Assembly (NCBI GenBank): GCA_038871515.1 | Contig: JAVZHX010000001.1 | Coordinates: 64,001 to 128,000, forward strand | Direction of reading: 5' to 3' | DNA: 64,000 nt | Source of the DNA: Candidatus Micrarchaeia archaeon | GTDB lineage: Archaea; Micrarchaeota; Micrarchaeia; Burarchaeales; Fermentimicrarchaeaceae | Part shown: positions 19,022 through 28,001 of the stretch, one piece after another | How positions within the stretch are numbered: position 1 is the first letter of the stretch | Layout of the letters: each line of letters starts with the position of its first letter | Made by a program: the position numbers and the translations under genes | Notes under the pieces: model-generated | The model's database searches: none | Told to the model about the DNA's origin: nothing | The model's input: only the letters and a program-made list of their open reading frames with translations

Positions 19022-19430
19022 TTATAAACATGGCTTTATTGCATATTCATTATTTGATTTGTTTATGGCTTTTCTTACTGCTTCGCGAATCATTGCCCTG
19101 GGGATGTAACGGTATTTCTTCCCCCGGTATGAGTAGGCACGGCACTCGCAGGCATTTTCTGAGAGGATGCTACACCCTTGACATAAAGTGAAACGTGAAC
19201 TTTTTCTTCTGTTTGTCAACTCTTCAATGTCTTTTCTGTTTATCAAAATTGAGTTTGACTCACTAAGCCTGCTGACGGGAAGCTTCGTTGTTTTGAGTTC
19301 AACTCCTGACTCGTAAGCACTTCGCGCAAGTCCCGCAGGGTTTTCTCCACATTATTGTCTGCAGTCCTGCATCTGCTGCAGGTATTCCTATCGAAAAACT
19401 TGAATTTAAATCTAGTCTTTTCTTGGGCAT
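19022..19430 (-). pseudogene. DUF2703-like thioredoxin-fold metal-binding protein with two frameshifts
   Basis: Joining three frames gives MPKKRL/FKFKFFDRNTCSRCRTADNNVEKTLRDLREVL/ESGVELKTTKL...SNSILINRKDIEEL...CQGC...CECRAYSYRGKKY...MIREAV; family recalled, not searched. Confidence 0.65.
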
Positions 19431-19483
19431 ATTCTCAGTTATACTGAGTTTTGAGATTAAATAAATATGCATAAGAGAAAAAA

Positions 19484-20734
19484 TCATTTGTCTGCATTTT
19501 CCGTATTTGATTTTGGAGTTTTTGTGGAGAATCGTTCTATGAGCTCAGCTTTTGAAGTAGAGAGGAATTTGGAGTAGATGGCTACAATTATTGGTTTCAT
19601 AATCACGTAGGCAGTCATCAATGCCGAGAAAAGCTTCGCCGAGATGAACCCAGAGGTGAATAGAAGAGTTTCAGAGACGATACTTGTGCTGAACTTTACG
19701 CAGAGCCCAACACCCAGTATGAATGCGTGTTTTATGCCGAATAATTTTCGGAATAGTATAACGGATGCTAGAACTCTTGCAGTAAATGAAACCAGCACGA
19801 TGAGAATTGCTAGTGAGGGGGAAGCGATGAAAGAGGAGAAAGAGATTTTGATTCCAAGGCTCAGAAAGAAGAATGGGGAGAGGAACATGCTCAGGAAGTT
19901 TATTAACTTCCTGTTTTCCTTCAGCATTTTATCCGGGAATGCTTGTTGCACAACTACTCCACTTATAATGGCGGCGACTGGAGCTAGATTTTCATAAACC
20001 AACCCACTCAAAGCAATGAATGAGAATGGAATGACGAGGGTTAAGAATATTGGGACGTACAGTGGAGGTTGAACTTTTTCTAGAATTTTTCTAATTCCAT
20101 CCCTTATTTTTAGTATTCCAAGTGTCACTAGAAGTAGACCTCCCAACCCGGAGAAAACTGATATAATGCTTGCTGTATTTTGCACCTCGCCTGCTGAATG
20201 AAGAAGGGGTAATGTTGCGATTATTGCGAGCATTCCCACTTCCACAATATCATCAAAAACGCCCATTCCCAGTGATAACTGGCCAAACTTCGTATGCACC
20301 AAATCAAATTCAGAGAGTATTGCGAATAGGACTACCTCGCCAATTGTTCCAAAAGTTATGCCCGCAATAAGTGCGATGGGGAAGGAGTTGCTTACGTCCG
20401 CTGGGAATAGGAAATAGAAAAGCATAGCTAGCATAAGGCCTTCAAAAAAGCAGAGTGAAATATCTCCCAAAGCGATGTACGCCCCCAGCGATTTAATCTC
20501 CTCCAAATCTAAGTCTAAGCCAATTGTGAATAGAAGGATGAGCATTCCGAGGTTTGCTAGAAGATTGAAGCTTTCACTTTTTGTACTCTGGGTGAAAAGG
20601 CCGAAAGCAGAAAAGATTATGCCAAACATAACCAGCGCAAACATCCAAGGCATTTTCAAGTACTTATCTGTGAGATAGCCAATAATCAGGGCGGTTGCAT
20701 ACACAACAGCTGTTAGCAGCAATATTTCTTCCAT
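19484..20734 (-). CDS. Cation:proton antiporter (CPA2/KefB-like)
   Basis: About 12 TM helices; LGMLILLFTIGLDLDL, GVFDDIVEV, PFFFLSLG motifs. Confidence 0.85.
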   Translation of the reverse strand: MEEILLLTAVVYATALIIGYLTDKYLKMPWMFALVMFGIIFSAFGLFTQSTKSESFNLLANLGMLILLFTIGLDLDLEEIKSLGAYIALGDISLCFFEGLMLAMLFYFLFPADVSNSFPIALIAGITFGTIGEVVLFAILSEFDLVHTKFGQLSLGMGVFDDIVEVGMLAIIATLPLLHSAGEVQNTASIISVFSGLGGLLLVTLGILKIRDGIRKILEKVQPPLYVPIFLTLVIPFSFIALSGLVYENLAPVAAIISGVVVQQAFPDKMLKENRKLINFLSMFLSPFFFLSLGIKISFSSFIASPSLAILIVLVSFTARVLASVILFRKLFGIKHAFILGVGLCVKFSTSIVSETLLFTSGFISAKLFSALMTAYVIMKPIIVAIYSKFLSTSKAELIERFSTKTPKSNTENADK

Positions 20735-20753
20735 ACAATCCCATTACCTATTT

Positions 20754-21698
20754 TTAGTAAACCCACCCCAGCATCTCGGCGCCCATAAGCCAGCCTATGA
20801 ATGTTGAGAATACAACCACTAGAGCAAGATATACTGCTGTTCTTTTCCACCCAATTATCTTGGCAACCGCCATTGCGCTTGGCAGGCTCAGCGCTGGGTC
20901 TGCCAGAAATTCGCTTAATGCAGCTCCCCTTCCCATCCCAAGGGAAACAAGCGTCTGAGTGAGAGGCACCTCAGTAAGGGAGGAGAAGTAGGAGAACGCT
21001 CCCAAAAAGGAGATGAGGAAGCACGACCAAAGGCTGTCTCCACCGATGTATTTCTGCACAAGCTCCTGAGGAAGAATTGCTCTTATTGCACCTGCCAGAA
21101 AGACACCAACCAGCAGGTATGGGAATATCATGATGAAGAAATCCCATGTTGCCTTCATCCAATCTTTGAAAAGCTCCTTCTTGCTTTTTTTAGCCTTCAA
21201 TTCTGACTCGCCCAGCGGTGCTATTGGCCCCTTTCCCTTATGCTCGGTTTTCTCAGGAGGAAAAACAAACTCGATTATATTGCCAACTGCGAATGCGATG
21301 AGAATTGCAAAGACAGCTCTCAGAAGCGCCATTTTCGTTCCGAAAACGCTTCCGGTAAGCGCGAATGCAGCCAAATTTATAGCAGGCCAGGAGTAGAGAA
21401 GTGCAATCGCAGGCCCTAAACCTGCGCCTCTTTTGTAAACTCCTGCGAAGAATGGAATAACCGTGCAGGAGCAGACTGAGAAGAACATCCCAGAAGCAGA
21501 AGCAAGAATGTAAGCAAGAGCTCGGTTTGCTCCTCCAAGTATTTTCATTATCCAGCTTTTCGGCACAGCGGTGTTTATCAAGCCTGCAACGAAGAAAGCC
21601 GGTATCAAACAGGTTAGAGTATGCTGTGTCACATACTCAACCAGCAGGTTAACTCCTCCATTAAACATGCTTACAACTACTTCCCACGTAAAAATCAC
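20754..21698 (-). CDS. DUF318/ArsP-family permease
   Basis: CLIPAFFVAG, VCSCTVIPFFAGVYKRGAGLGPA, PALSLPS motifs. Confidence 0.9.
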   Translation of the reverse strand: MIFTWEVVVSMFNGGVNLLVEYVTQHTLTCLIPAFFVAGLINTAVPKSWIMKILGGANRALAYILASASGMFFSVCSCTVIPFFAGVYKRGAGLGPAIALLYSWPAINLAAFALTGSVFGTKMALLRAVFAILIAFAVGNIIEFVFPPEKTEHKGKGPIAPLGESELKAKKSKKELFKDWMKATWDFFIMIFPYLLVGVFLAGAIRAILPQELVQKYIGGDSLWSCFLISFLGAFSYFSSLTEVPLTQTLVSLGMGRGAALSEFLADPALSLPSAMAVAKIIGWKRTAVYLALVVVFSTFIGWLMGAEMLGWVY

Positions 21699-21946
21699 CT
21701 CTTATTCTTTGTAAGAAGAGTCAGCGCTTTTATGAACTCATCTTTTTTAGGTATGCTTCCCTGGAAGATTATCACATCGTCAACAGCAACAGCAGGAGTC
21801 ATCATAACTCCGAACTCAATCATTGTGTTTATGTCACTTATTTTCTTCACATCTGCTTTGATTCCAGCTTCAGCCAAAGCCTCTCGGATAACTTTTTCTG
21901 TTATAACACATTTTGCGCATCCCGGTCCAAAGATTTTTATCTCCAT
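21695..21946 (-). CDS. Small redox-active disulfide protein (thioredoxin-like, MTH895 family)
   Basis: MEIKIFGPGCAKC...FGVMMTPAVAVD. Confidence 0.9.
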   Translation of the reverse strand: MEIKIFGPGCAKCVITEKVIREALAEAGIKADVKKISDINTMIEFGVMMTPAVAVDDVIIFQGSIPKKDEFIKALTLLTKNKR

Positions 21947-21950
21947 AGGC

Positions 21951-22202
21951 TCACCCCAGCATCTTGATAACATTTAGAACTCTTTTGTCCTTTATTCTGT
22001 AGAGTATGTTTTTACCCTTCCTTCTTTGGGAGAGCACACCTGCATGTAAGAGAATTTTGAGATGCTGTGAAACTGTCGGCTGTGATTTTTTAGCGAACGG
22101 AACTACTTCGCAGGCGCATACTTCACCATCACCTATGAAAAGCAGTATTCTAAGCCTTGTCTCATCGGCAAGTGCTTTGAGAATTTTAACTTTGTTTTTC
22201 AT
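21951..22202 (-). CDS. ArsR/SmtB metalloregulatory transcriptional repressor
   Basis: LKALADETRLRIL...EVCACEV...SQPTVSQHLKIL. Confidence 0.93.
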   Translation of the reverse strand: MKNKVKILKALADETRLRILLFIGDGEVCACEVVPFAKKSQPTVSQHLKILLHAGVLSQRRKGKNILYRIKDKRVLNVIKMLG

Positions 22203-22263
22203 ATATTGTTATATTTGAATATATGGATATATAAACTTATGCATTAAATTAGAAAATTCAGTT

Positions 22264-23124
22264 TTATGCAAGAGTTTTCAAAGAAGCTAGTGCAAAATAA
22301 GTGTTGTCAAGCGTTGAAATTCCCTGAAAGATTGACCTTCTGAACCCTCCATCTATGTTCTGGCAGGATACAATAAATCTTTCAGTTCTTTCTGGGTGCT
22401 TCAGCTTGATGCCAAGCAGTTTTGCGCATTCAATTCCGAAATATGTGTCTTCTATGTAAGGAGGGGTTATGTGAGGAATTGAAGTGAAACCACCCTCTCT
22501 GTGCTCACACCCCTCAACAAACTTTTTTGTTTTCTCAAGTTTATTCAGAGGGTAGTTTGCGGCATGTAAGCAGGAAAGCGCGTAGAAAGTTGAAATTATA
22601 TCGGATGAACCAACCCCAAAGCCACCATGCTTTCCCTCGGGGAGAATCCACTCAACTTCAGAGGTGGTGATTTTCCTTCCAAAAGTTTTTAGAATTTCAA
22701 CAATGCAGTATGTGTATTTGTATGGTGATGAGGAAACATCGTACTCCGCAGATAGGAAATCTGAAACAACTTCTCCTTTCACAAGTTTTTTCTTCTTGAG
22801 ATAGCTTTCCAGCCAGCTCAGGAAGTGCAGCTCTCTTGGCTTGCTTCCAAGAAGCTCAAGCGCTTTCACAACGTAGAAAGCGGATGTCATGCTGGAGAAG
22901 CTTCCTTTCTCATTTTGTAAGTTAAGAAGGTATTCCTCTGTTTTATGTTTCTGCGGAATGGTCTCCCCAAGCATTTTCAGTATCGAGATTGCATAGAAGG
23001 TATCCGAGGAGCTTGAGGGAAACTCGGAGCCGTATTGGGGAGGACAGAAACCATACCCCCCATCCTCATTTCTTCTTTTCAGCACAAACTTGATTATTTT
23101 CTCTTTATTCAGCAAGTATTTCAT
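22264..23124 (-). CDS. Prenyltransferase/squalene-oxidase repeat protein (alpha-alpha barrel, COG1689-like)
   Basis: Five repeats of the type xxDGG(F/Y)...TFYAxxxLxxL (NEDGGYG, NEKGSF, KHGGFG, REGGF, NIDGGF). Confidence 0.8.
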   Translation of the reverse strand: MKYLLNKEKIIKFVLKRRNEDGGYGFCPPQYGSEFPSSSSDTFYAISILKMLGETIPQKHKTEEYLLNLQNEKGSFSSMTSAFYVVKALELLGSKPRELHFLSWLESYLKKKKLVKGEVVSDFLSAEYDVSSSPYKYTYCIVEILKTFGRKITTSEVEWILPEGKHGGFGVGSSDIISTFYALSCLHAANYPLNKLEKTKKFVEGCEHREGGFTSIPHITPPYIEDTYFGIECAKLLGIKLKHPERTERFIVSCQNIDGGFRRSIFQGISTLDNTYFALASLKTLA

Positions 23125-23144
23125 CACCGCACCTTTCTTTAGAA

Positions 23145-23205
23145 GCAGAAGCTATCAGCCCAAGGGGCGGTTTTGCCTCAACGGCAAGGTGAGCTTCATC
23201 ACCAT
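23145..23205 (-). promoter_or_regulatory. Fluoride riboswitch (crcB motif)
   Basis: Minus strand reads GGUG-AU-GAAGCU-CACC / UUGCC-GUUGA-GGCAA / AACC-GCCC-CUU-GGGC-UGAU-AGCUUC-UGC. P1 GGUG:CACC, P2 GCCC:GGGC and pseudoknot GAAGCU:AGCUUC all pair. TATA-like TATTTAAAT lies 20-28 nt upstream. Confidence 0.9.
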
Positions 23206-23257
23206 AGGTTTAATGTTAGATTTAATTTAAATAATTAACCGGAAGCGTCACTTCATC

Positions 23258-23791
23258 CTAAATATTTTCTTGTGAGTTCTCCCTGAACCGTTTTCTATCT
23301 GCTTTTATCTGCGATGGCAATGCAAATCTTCCGTAAGGAGTTTGCTTAGTTTTGGCTCCCGAAACTTCCCCGCGGTGGAGGATTATTTCATTTCCATAAA
23401 ATGAGAGCAACCTTGCAATTTTCCTTGCACGCCAAGTCCCTCTTGCAATATTTTTCTCAACACGTTGTTTTAGATTTATTCTCCTTGAAATTTTTGGGTT
23501 TACTATATGTATGTCTCCCGAAGGCTGCCAGTTTAAACCCAGTGCTTCTTCTGCCGTCCTACAACTGAAATAAAATTCGTTGGTTCCCAAAAAAAGCGCA
23601 ACCGCCTGCGAGAGAACCTTGAGTGGTTTTTCTATGAATGCAGCTTTTCTTTCCTCCTCAAGCGGAACATAGTAAATTCCTTTGAAAGGCGTTGGGAATA
23701 GCTTGAGAGAGGAGCACATAGCGAGAATTTCCTTCTCGCTCAACCCTTCTGAGCGCAGCTGTGCAAAACTGACTGCCTGCTTAGGAAGCAT
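23258..23791 (-). CDS. AbiEi-like putative antitoxin
   Basis: KGIYYVP...FYFSCRTAEEALGLNWQ pattern resembles AbiEi domains; overlaps the AbiEii gene. Confidence 0.55.
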   Translation of the reverse strand: MLPKQAVSFAQLRSEGLSEKEILAMCSSLKLFPTPFKGIYYVPLEEERKAAFIEKPLKVLSQAVALFLGTNEFYFSCRTAEEALGLNWQPSGDIHIVNPKISRRINLKQRVEKNIARGTWRARKIARLLSFYGNEIILHRGEVSGAKTKQTPYGRFALPSQIKADRKRFRENSQENI

Positions 23792-24368
23792 CAGAAATCA
23801 CCTTTTGGAAAGCTGCTGCATCCTCCTGGTTTACCGCCATAGCGCTTATAGTATCAGCGCCCTTTGGAGAACCACTTTTTTTGATCAACTTTTTCACCAT
23901 CGCAGAAGCGCCTTTCCCTTTCAAAATGCAGAATATGTCAAACAGGTCTCTTGCCTCGTTTCTTTCTCTGTAAGCAGAAAGCTTCATTTTGAGGATATCT
24001 TCAAGCGAAGCTACTCTTATCTTTGTGCCTCCAAAAACGTGCTCTTGCAATTTCTTGAGTTTTAGCTCTGGCTCGAAAACCTCAACTTTTATACTTGTAT
24101 CCTCGAACTGAATGATGAACTGGTTCCTGAAAGCCCCCGGCACAGTTCGGTAGCCTTTCTTGGAGAGGCAGCCCTTGAGCTCTTCCTTTAGCTTTGTTTC
24201 ATCCCCGGCTATTGGAACGAAGTCCAAATCCACGCTCACACGGTGCTTTAGGTAGAAAAGGGCAAGCGCTGTCCCACCAACGAGAATTAATCTTCCCTGT
24301 GCACATTCAGCAACATCCGGAAGTATCTCCAGCACCTTTTTATATTTTCTATTGAATGATTCATCCAT
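23781..24368 (-). CDS. AbiEii/AbiGii-family nucleotidyltransferase toxin
   Basis: LVGGTALALFYLKHRVSVDLDF and MKLSAYRERNEARDLFDI motifs. Confidence 0.9.
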   Translation of the reverse strand: MDESFNRKYKKVLEILPDVAECAQGRLILVGGTALALFYLKHRVSVDLDFVPIAGDETKLKEELKGCLSKKGYRTVPGAFRNQFIIQFEDTSIKVEVFEPELKLKKLQEHVFGGTKIRVASLEDILKMKLSAYRERNEARDLFDIFCILKGKGASAMVKKLIKKSGSPKGADTISAMAVNQEDAAAFQKVISDAS

Positions 24369-24568
24369 GATAACATTGCAGTGCTAAACTATATAAATCT
24401 TATTATTACTACATTAAAATTTATTTAATATAAATTAAACATGATCGACTGGGGGATAGTTCGTTCACGTGCCTGCGTCTACTCAATAATCTATAGATTG
24501 CTGCAGAATTGGACACTTTTGTTAGGGGGTTGATGGGTAGAAAAGCAGGATACTAGGATGATACAAGA

Positions 24569-24654
24569 TGCAGGGGGTGGGATTTGAACCCACGAACCCA
24601 CTATGGGACGAGGTTCTGAGCCTCGCACATTTGACCAGGCTTTGCTACCCCTGC
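24569..24654 (-). tRNA. tRNA-Leu(CAG)
   Basis: GCAGGGG acceptor, CGAGG-CT CAG AA-CCTCG anticodon arm, long variable arm, GGTTCAAATCC T-loop; CCA not encoded. Confidence 0.95.
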
Positions 24655-24735
24655 AACGAATATATTTTAATTAACAATATAAAAAGAGTTATTGTTAAAA
24701 AGAAGTGGGAATAAAAACCAATTGTGGTGGTGTCT

Positions 24736-26823
24736 ATGGATTTGTTTCTGTTAGTTCCTCTCGGCTCGTTGATTGCTCTTTTCTTTGCGGGTTACCTTGT
24801 TTATAAAGTAGTTAAACATGAGGAGGGGGATGAGGAGATAAAGAGCATATCGGCGTATATACGGGAGGGTGCAAGCGCATACCTGAGAAGGCAGTATTTA
24901 ACAGTTGGAGCGATAGGTTTTATTGTTTTTCTTGTTCTGCTTGCGCTTGCGTATTTTGATGAAATATCTTACTTTGTTGCTTATGCATTTGTGCACGGAA
25001 TGATAAGCTGCGCGCTTGCTGGTTTCATTGGAATGTCAATTTCAACAAGGGCGAATGGGAGAACAACATTTGCTGCAAAAACAAGTTTCAGCCGTGCGCT
25101 TGATATTGCTTTCAGCAGCGGGGCGGTTATGGGTTTGTGTGTTGTTGGCATTGTTTTGATGGATATAACAATCTGGTATTCAATTCTCAATTACTTCTAC
25201 CCAGGGCAGCTTGAGCTTATAACCGATGTTATGGTTTCATCTGTGATTGGAACGAGTTTGATGGCATTCTTCGCAAGGGTTGGCGGTGGAATTTATACAA
25301 AGGCTGCTGACGTTGGAGCTGACCTTGTTGGGAAGATTGAAAAGGGAATTCCCGAAGATGACCCGAGGAATGCTGCGGTGATTGCGGATCAGGTTGGTGA
25401 CAATGTGGGTGATGTTGCGGGGATGGGTGCGGATTTGCATGAGTCATATGCAAGCGCAACGCTTGCTGCGATGGCGCTTGGCGCATTTGCGTTTGCAGCG
25501 CTTAACATGAGCTTCAATGCGATGATGGTTCCTCTTTTGATAATGGTTGGGGGGGTTATTTCGTCGATAGTTGGGACGTTTTTTGTGAAAATTGAGGGGG
25601 AGAGAGTTAGATATAGAGAGCTACTTATGGCGTTGAGGAGAGGGGTTTACGCCACGTCAATTCTCTCCTTGGTTTTTTCACTCATTATTATTTACCTGTT
25701 GCTTGGCGCTGAGCATATATGGCTTTGGGGCGCGATTGCTGCTGGCTTGATTGCAGGCGCAGTGATTGGTTACGTCAGCGAGTATTACACTTCTTGCGCA
25801 TATGCTCCAACAAGAAGAGTTGCTTTGTCTGCTGAAAGTGGAACCGCAACTCTTATAATAAGTGGTTTGTCTGTTGGGATGCTGAGCACGGCAATTCCAA
25901 TTATAATTGTAAGTATGGTTTCAGTGCTTGGCTATTACCTTGCAGGCGGAGCAGTCAATCATGAGCTTGGCTTGTACGGAGTTGCTTTGACTGCTGTTGG
26001 TATGTTAAGCACACTTGGTATGACGCTTGCAACAGATGCATACGGGCCTGTTGCGGATAACGCAGCCGGAATTGCGGAGATGACGCACCAGCCACCTAAG
26101 ATAAGGAGCAGGCTGGATGCGCTGGATGCGATTGGTAATACAACTGCTGCAACAGGAAAAGGATATGTGATTGCATCTGGTGCGCTTACGGTTATTGCGC
26201 TTATAACAACGTATACTCAGTTGGTTAACAAGATAATTGCGCCTGATTCAATTTCATTAAGTTTATCCGAGCCGCTTGTTATAGCTGGTTTGTTCATAGG
26301 AGGTATGCTTCCATTTGTTTTCAGCTCAACAACCATGAAGGCAGTTGGCCACACGGCTGAGAGTATAGTTGCAGAAGTAAGAAAGCAGTGGAGAGTTAAA
26401 GGAGTGCGGGAGGGAAAGGTGAAGCCTGATTATGCGAGGTGCGTTGATATATGCACAAGAGCGGCTTTGGGCGCGCTTTCAAAGCCAGCTCTTATAGCGA
26501 TTCTCACCCCAATTATCGTTGGGTTTATACTTGGGCCGAAGGGAGCGGTTTCTCTTCTCATAGGAGCATTGGTTTCATCTTTTTCAATGGCGCTTATGAT
26601 GGCAAACGCTGGAGCTGTGTGGGATAATGCAAAAAAATACATTGAGGCGGGGCATCACGGAGGAAAAGGTTCGGAGCAGCATAAAGCAGCAATTGTTGGT
26701 GATACAATCGGGGATCCGTTCAAGGATACATCCGGTCCATCGCTGGATGGGTTGATAAAGCTGATGACAATGGTTTCGCTGGCAATTGCGCCAGTGATTG
26801 TGAAGTATGCATTGCTGAGGTAA
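24736..26823 (+). CDS. hppA: Membrane-bound ion-translocating pyrophosphatase, predicted K+-dependent
   Basis: GGGIYTKAADVGADLVGKIEKGIPEDDPRN, DNVGD, DAYGPVADNAAG, GNTTAA, GDPFKDTSGP motifs. Confidence 0.96.
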   Translation: MDLFLLVPLGSLIALFFAGYLVYKVVKHEEGDEEIKSISAYIREGASAYLRRQYLTVGAIGFIVFLVLLALAYFDEISYFVAYAFVHGMISCALAGFIGMSISTRANGRTTFAAKTSFSRALDIAFSSGAVMGLCVVGIVLMDITIWYSILNYFYPGQLELITDVMVSSVIGTSLMAFFARVGGGIYTKAADVGADLVGKIEKGIPEDDPRNAAVIADQVGDNVGDVAGMGADLHESYASATLAAMALGAFAFAALNMSFNAMMVPLLIMVGGVISSIVGTFFVKIEGERVRYRELLMALRRGVYATSILSLVFSLIIIYLLLGAEHIWLWGAIAAGLIAGAVIGYVSEYYTSCAYAPTRRVALSAESGTATLIISGLSVGMLSTAIPIIIVSMVSVLGYYLAGGAVNHELGLYGVALTAVGMLSTLGMTLATDAYGPVADNAAGIAEMTHQPPKIRSRLDALDAIGNTTAATGKGYVIASGALTVIALITTYTQLVNKIIAPDSISLSLSEPLVIAGLFIGGMLPFVFSSTTMKAVGHTAESIVAEVRKQWRVKGVREGKVKPDYARCVDICTRAALGALSKPALIAILTPIIVGFILGPKGAVSLLIGALVSSFSMALMMANAGAVWDNAKKYIEAGHHGGKGSEQHKAAIVGDTIGDPFKDTSGPSLDGLIKLMTMVSLAIAPVIVKYALLR

Positions 26824-26827
26824 TCAT

Positions 26828-28000
26828 TTGAAAAAGCTTTTTGGAGTGGATAGAAACGTAGTTGCTTTGGGAGTTGTCAGTTTTTTCACAGATGTTTCAA
26901 GCGAGATGATTTTTCCCCTTCTTCCAATTTTTGTAACCTCAGTTTTAGGGGCGGGGAAGGAAGTGCTTGGATTGATTGAAGGAGTTGCTGACAGCGCGTC
27001 AAGTTTGTTTGATATTTTTGTTGGTTATCTGTCTGATAAAATGAGGAGAAGGAAGGATTTTGTTGTTGCTGGTTACGGGCTTTCTTCAATAGTTAAAATA
27101 GGTATTGCGCTTTCAACAAGCTGGTGGCATGTTTTAATTATGCGTGGTTTGGAGAGGTTGGGGAAGGGGTTGAGAACTGCTCCAAGGGATTCAATAATCG
27201 CTGCCTCTGCTGAAAGGAAAGGAAGGGGGAGGGCATTTGGGTTGCACAGGGCGATGGATACTTTTGGCGCAGTTGTCGGACCATTATTTGCTTATTTTAT
27301 TTTGAAGTTTGTTGGAGAAAGTGAAGCAGGATACCGCTCTGTTTTCTATGCTGCTCTCCTTCCTGCTTTTATTGCAGTTGCAGTGATAATTCTGTTTGTG
27401 AGGGAACCGAGAAAGAAGGTTGAAATTCCAAAAAAGCATCCTTTCTGGGAGTCAATGAGAAAAACTTCTGGTGAGTATAAAAAATTCCTTGCAGTTTCAG
27501 TTGTTTTTTCTCTTGCTTACTTCAGCTTTGCTTTCTTCATTGTCAGAGCTGCGGATATTGGGGTGAGGGCAGAGGATGTGATTCTGCTGTATGTTCTTTA
27601 TAATGTAGTTTACATGTTGTTTGCAATTCCCTCTGGCTTGCTTTCAGATAAAGTTGGGAGAAAGCCGGTGATTGCAGGCGCGTTTCTTCTTTATGGGGTG
27701 ATTTGTTTAGGGTTTGCGTTTGCAAGCGAGTGGTGGCATGCAGCGCTTCTTTTCATTCTTTACGGTGTTTTTGTTTCTGCAGATGAATCAGTGAACAAAG
27801 CATATATATCTGATTTGGAGCCGGATGAGAGAAGGGCGATGGCGCTTGGGGCATATAACACTGCTGTTGCTGCAACGTATCTGCCAGCAAGCTTGTTGAT
27901 TGGTTTTCTCTGGGGCACGCAAGGAGCGGTTGTTGGATTTGGAGTTGCTGGCGTAATTGGAGTAATCTCAGCTTTTGCGATGTTTATGTGCTGCAAGTAG
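26828..28000 (+). CDS. MFS transporter
   Basis: 12 TM pattern; motif A GYLSDKMRRR and GLLSDKVGRK; TDVSSEMIFP. Confidence 0.92.
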   Translation: MKKLFGVDRNVVALGVVSFFTDVSSEMIFPLLPIFVTSVLGAGKEVLGLIEGVADSASSLFDIFVGYLSDKMRRRKDFVVAGYGLSSIVKIGIALSTSWWHVLIMRGLERLGKGLRTAPRDSIIAASAERKGRGRAFGLHRAMDTFGAVVGPLFAYFILKFVGESEAGYRSVFYAALLPAFIAVAVIILFVREPRKKVEIPKKHPFWESMRKTSGEYKKFLAVSVVFSLAYFSFAFFIVRAADIGVRAEDVILLYVLYNVVYMLFAIPSGLLSDKVGRKPVIAGAFLLYGVICLGFAFASEWWHAALLFILYGVFVSADESVNKAYISDLEPDERRAMALGAYNTAVAATYLPASLLIGFLWGTQGAVVGFGVAGVIGVISAFAMFMCCK

Positions 28001-28001
28001 T

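Noticed and set aside
19299..19301. TGA after a CxxCxxC-like ORF, possible selenocysteine read-through
   Set aside because: The neighbouring ORFs are in different frames, and frameshifts in one gene explain the region better.
23237..23246. AACCGGAAGC shared with 32553..32562 next to TATA-like boxes
   Set aside because: Only two copies at different spacing; chance cannot be excluded.
24400..24568. AT-rich dyads (AATCTATAGATT) and a 30-codon ORF next to tRNA-Leu as att/dif site or peptide gene
   Set aside because: No partner repeat, recombinase or SD support visible.
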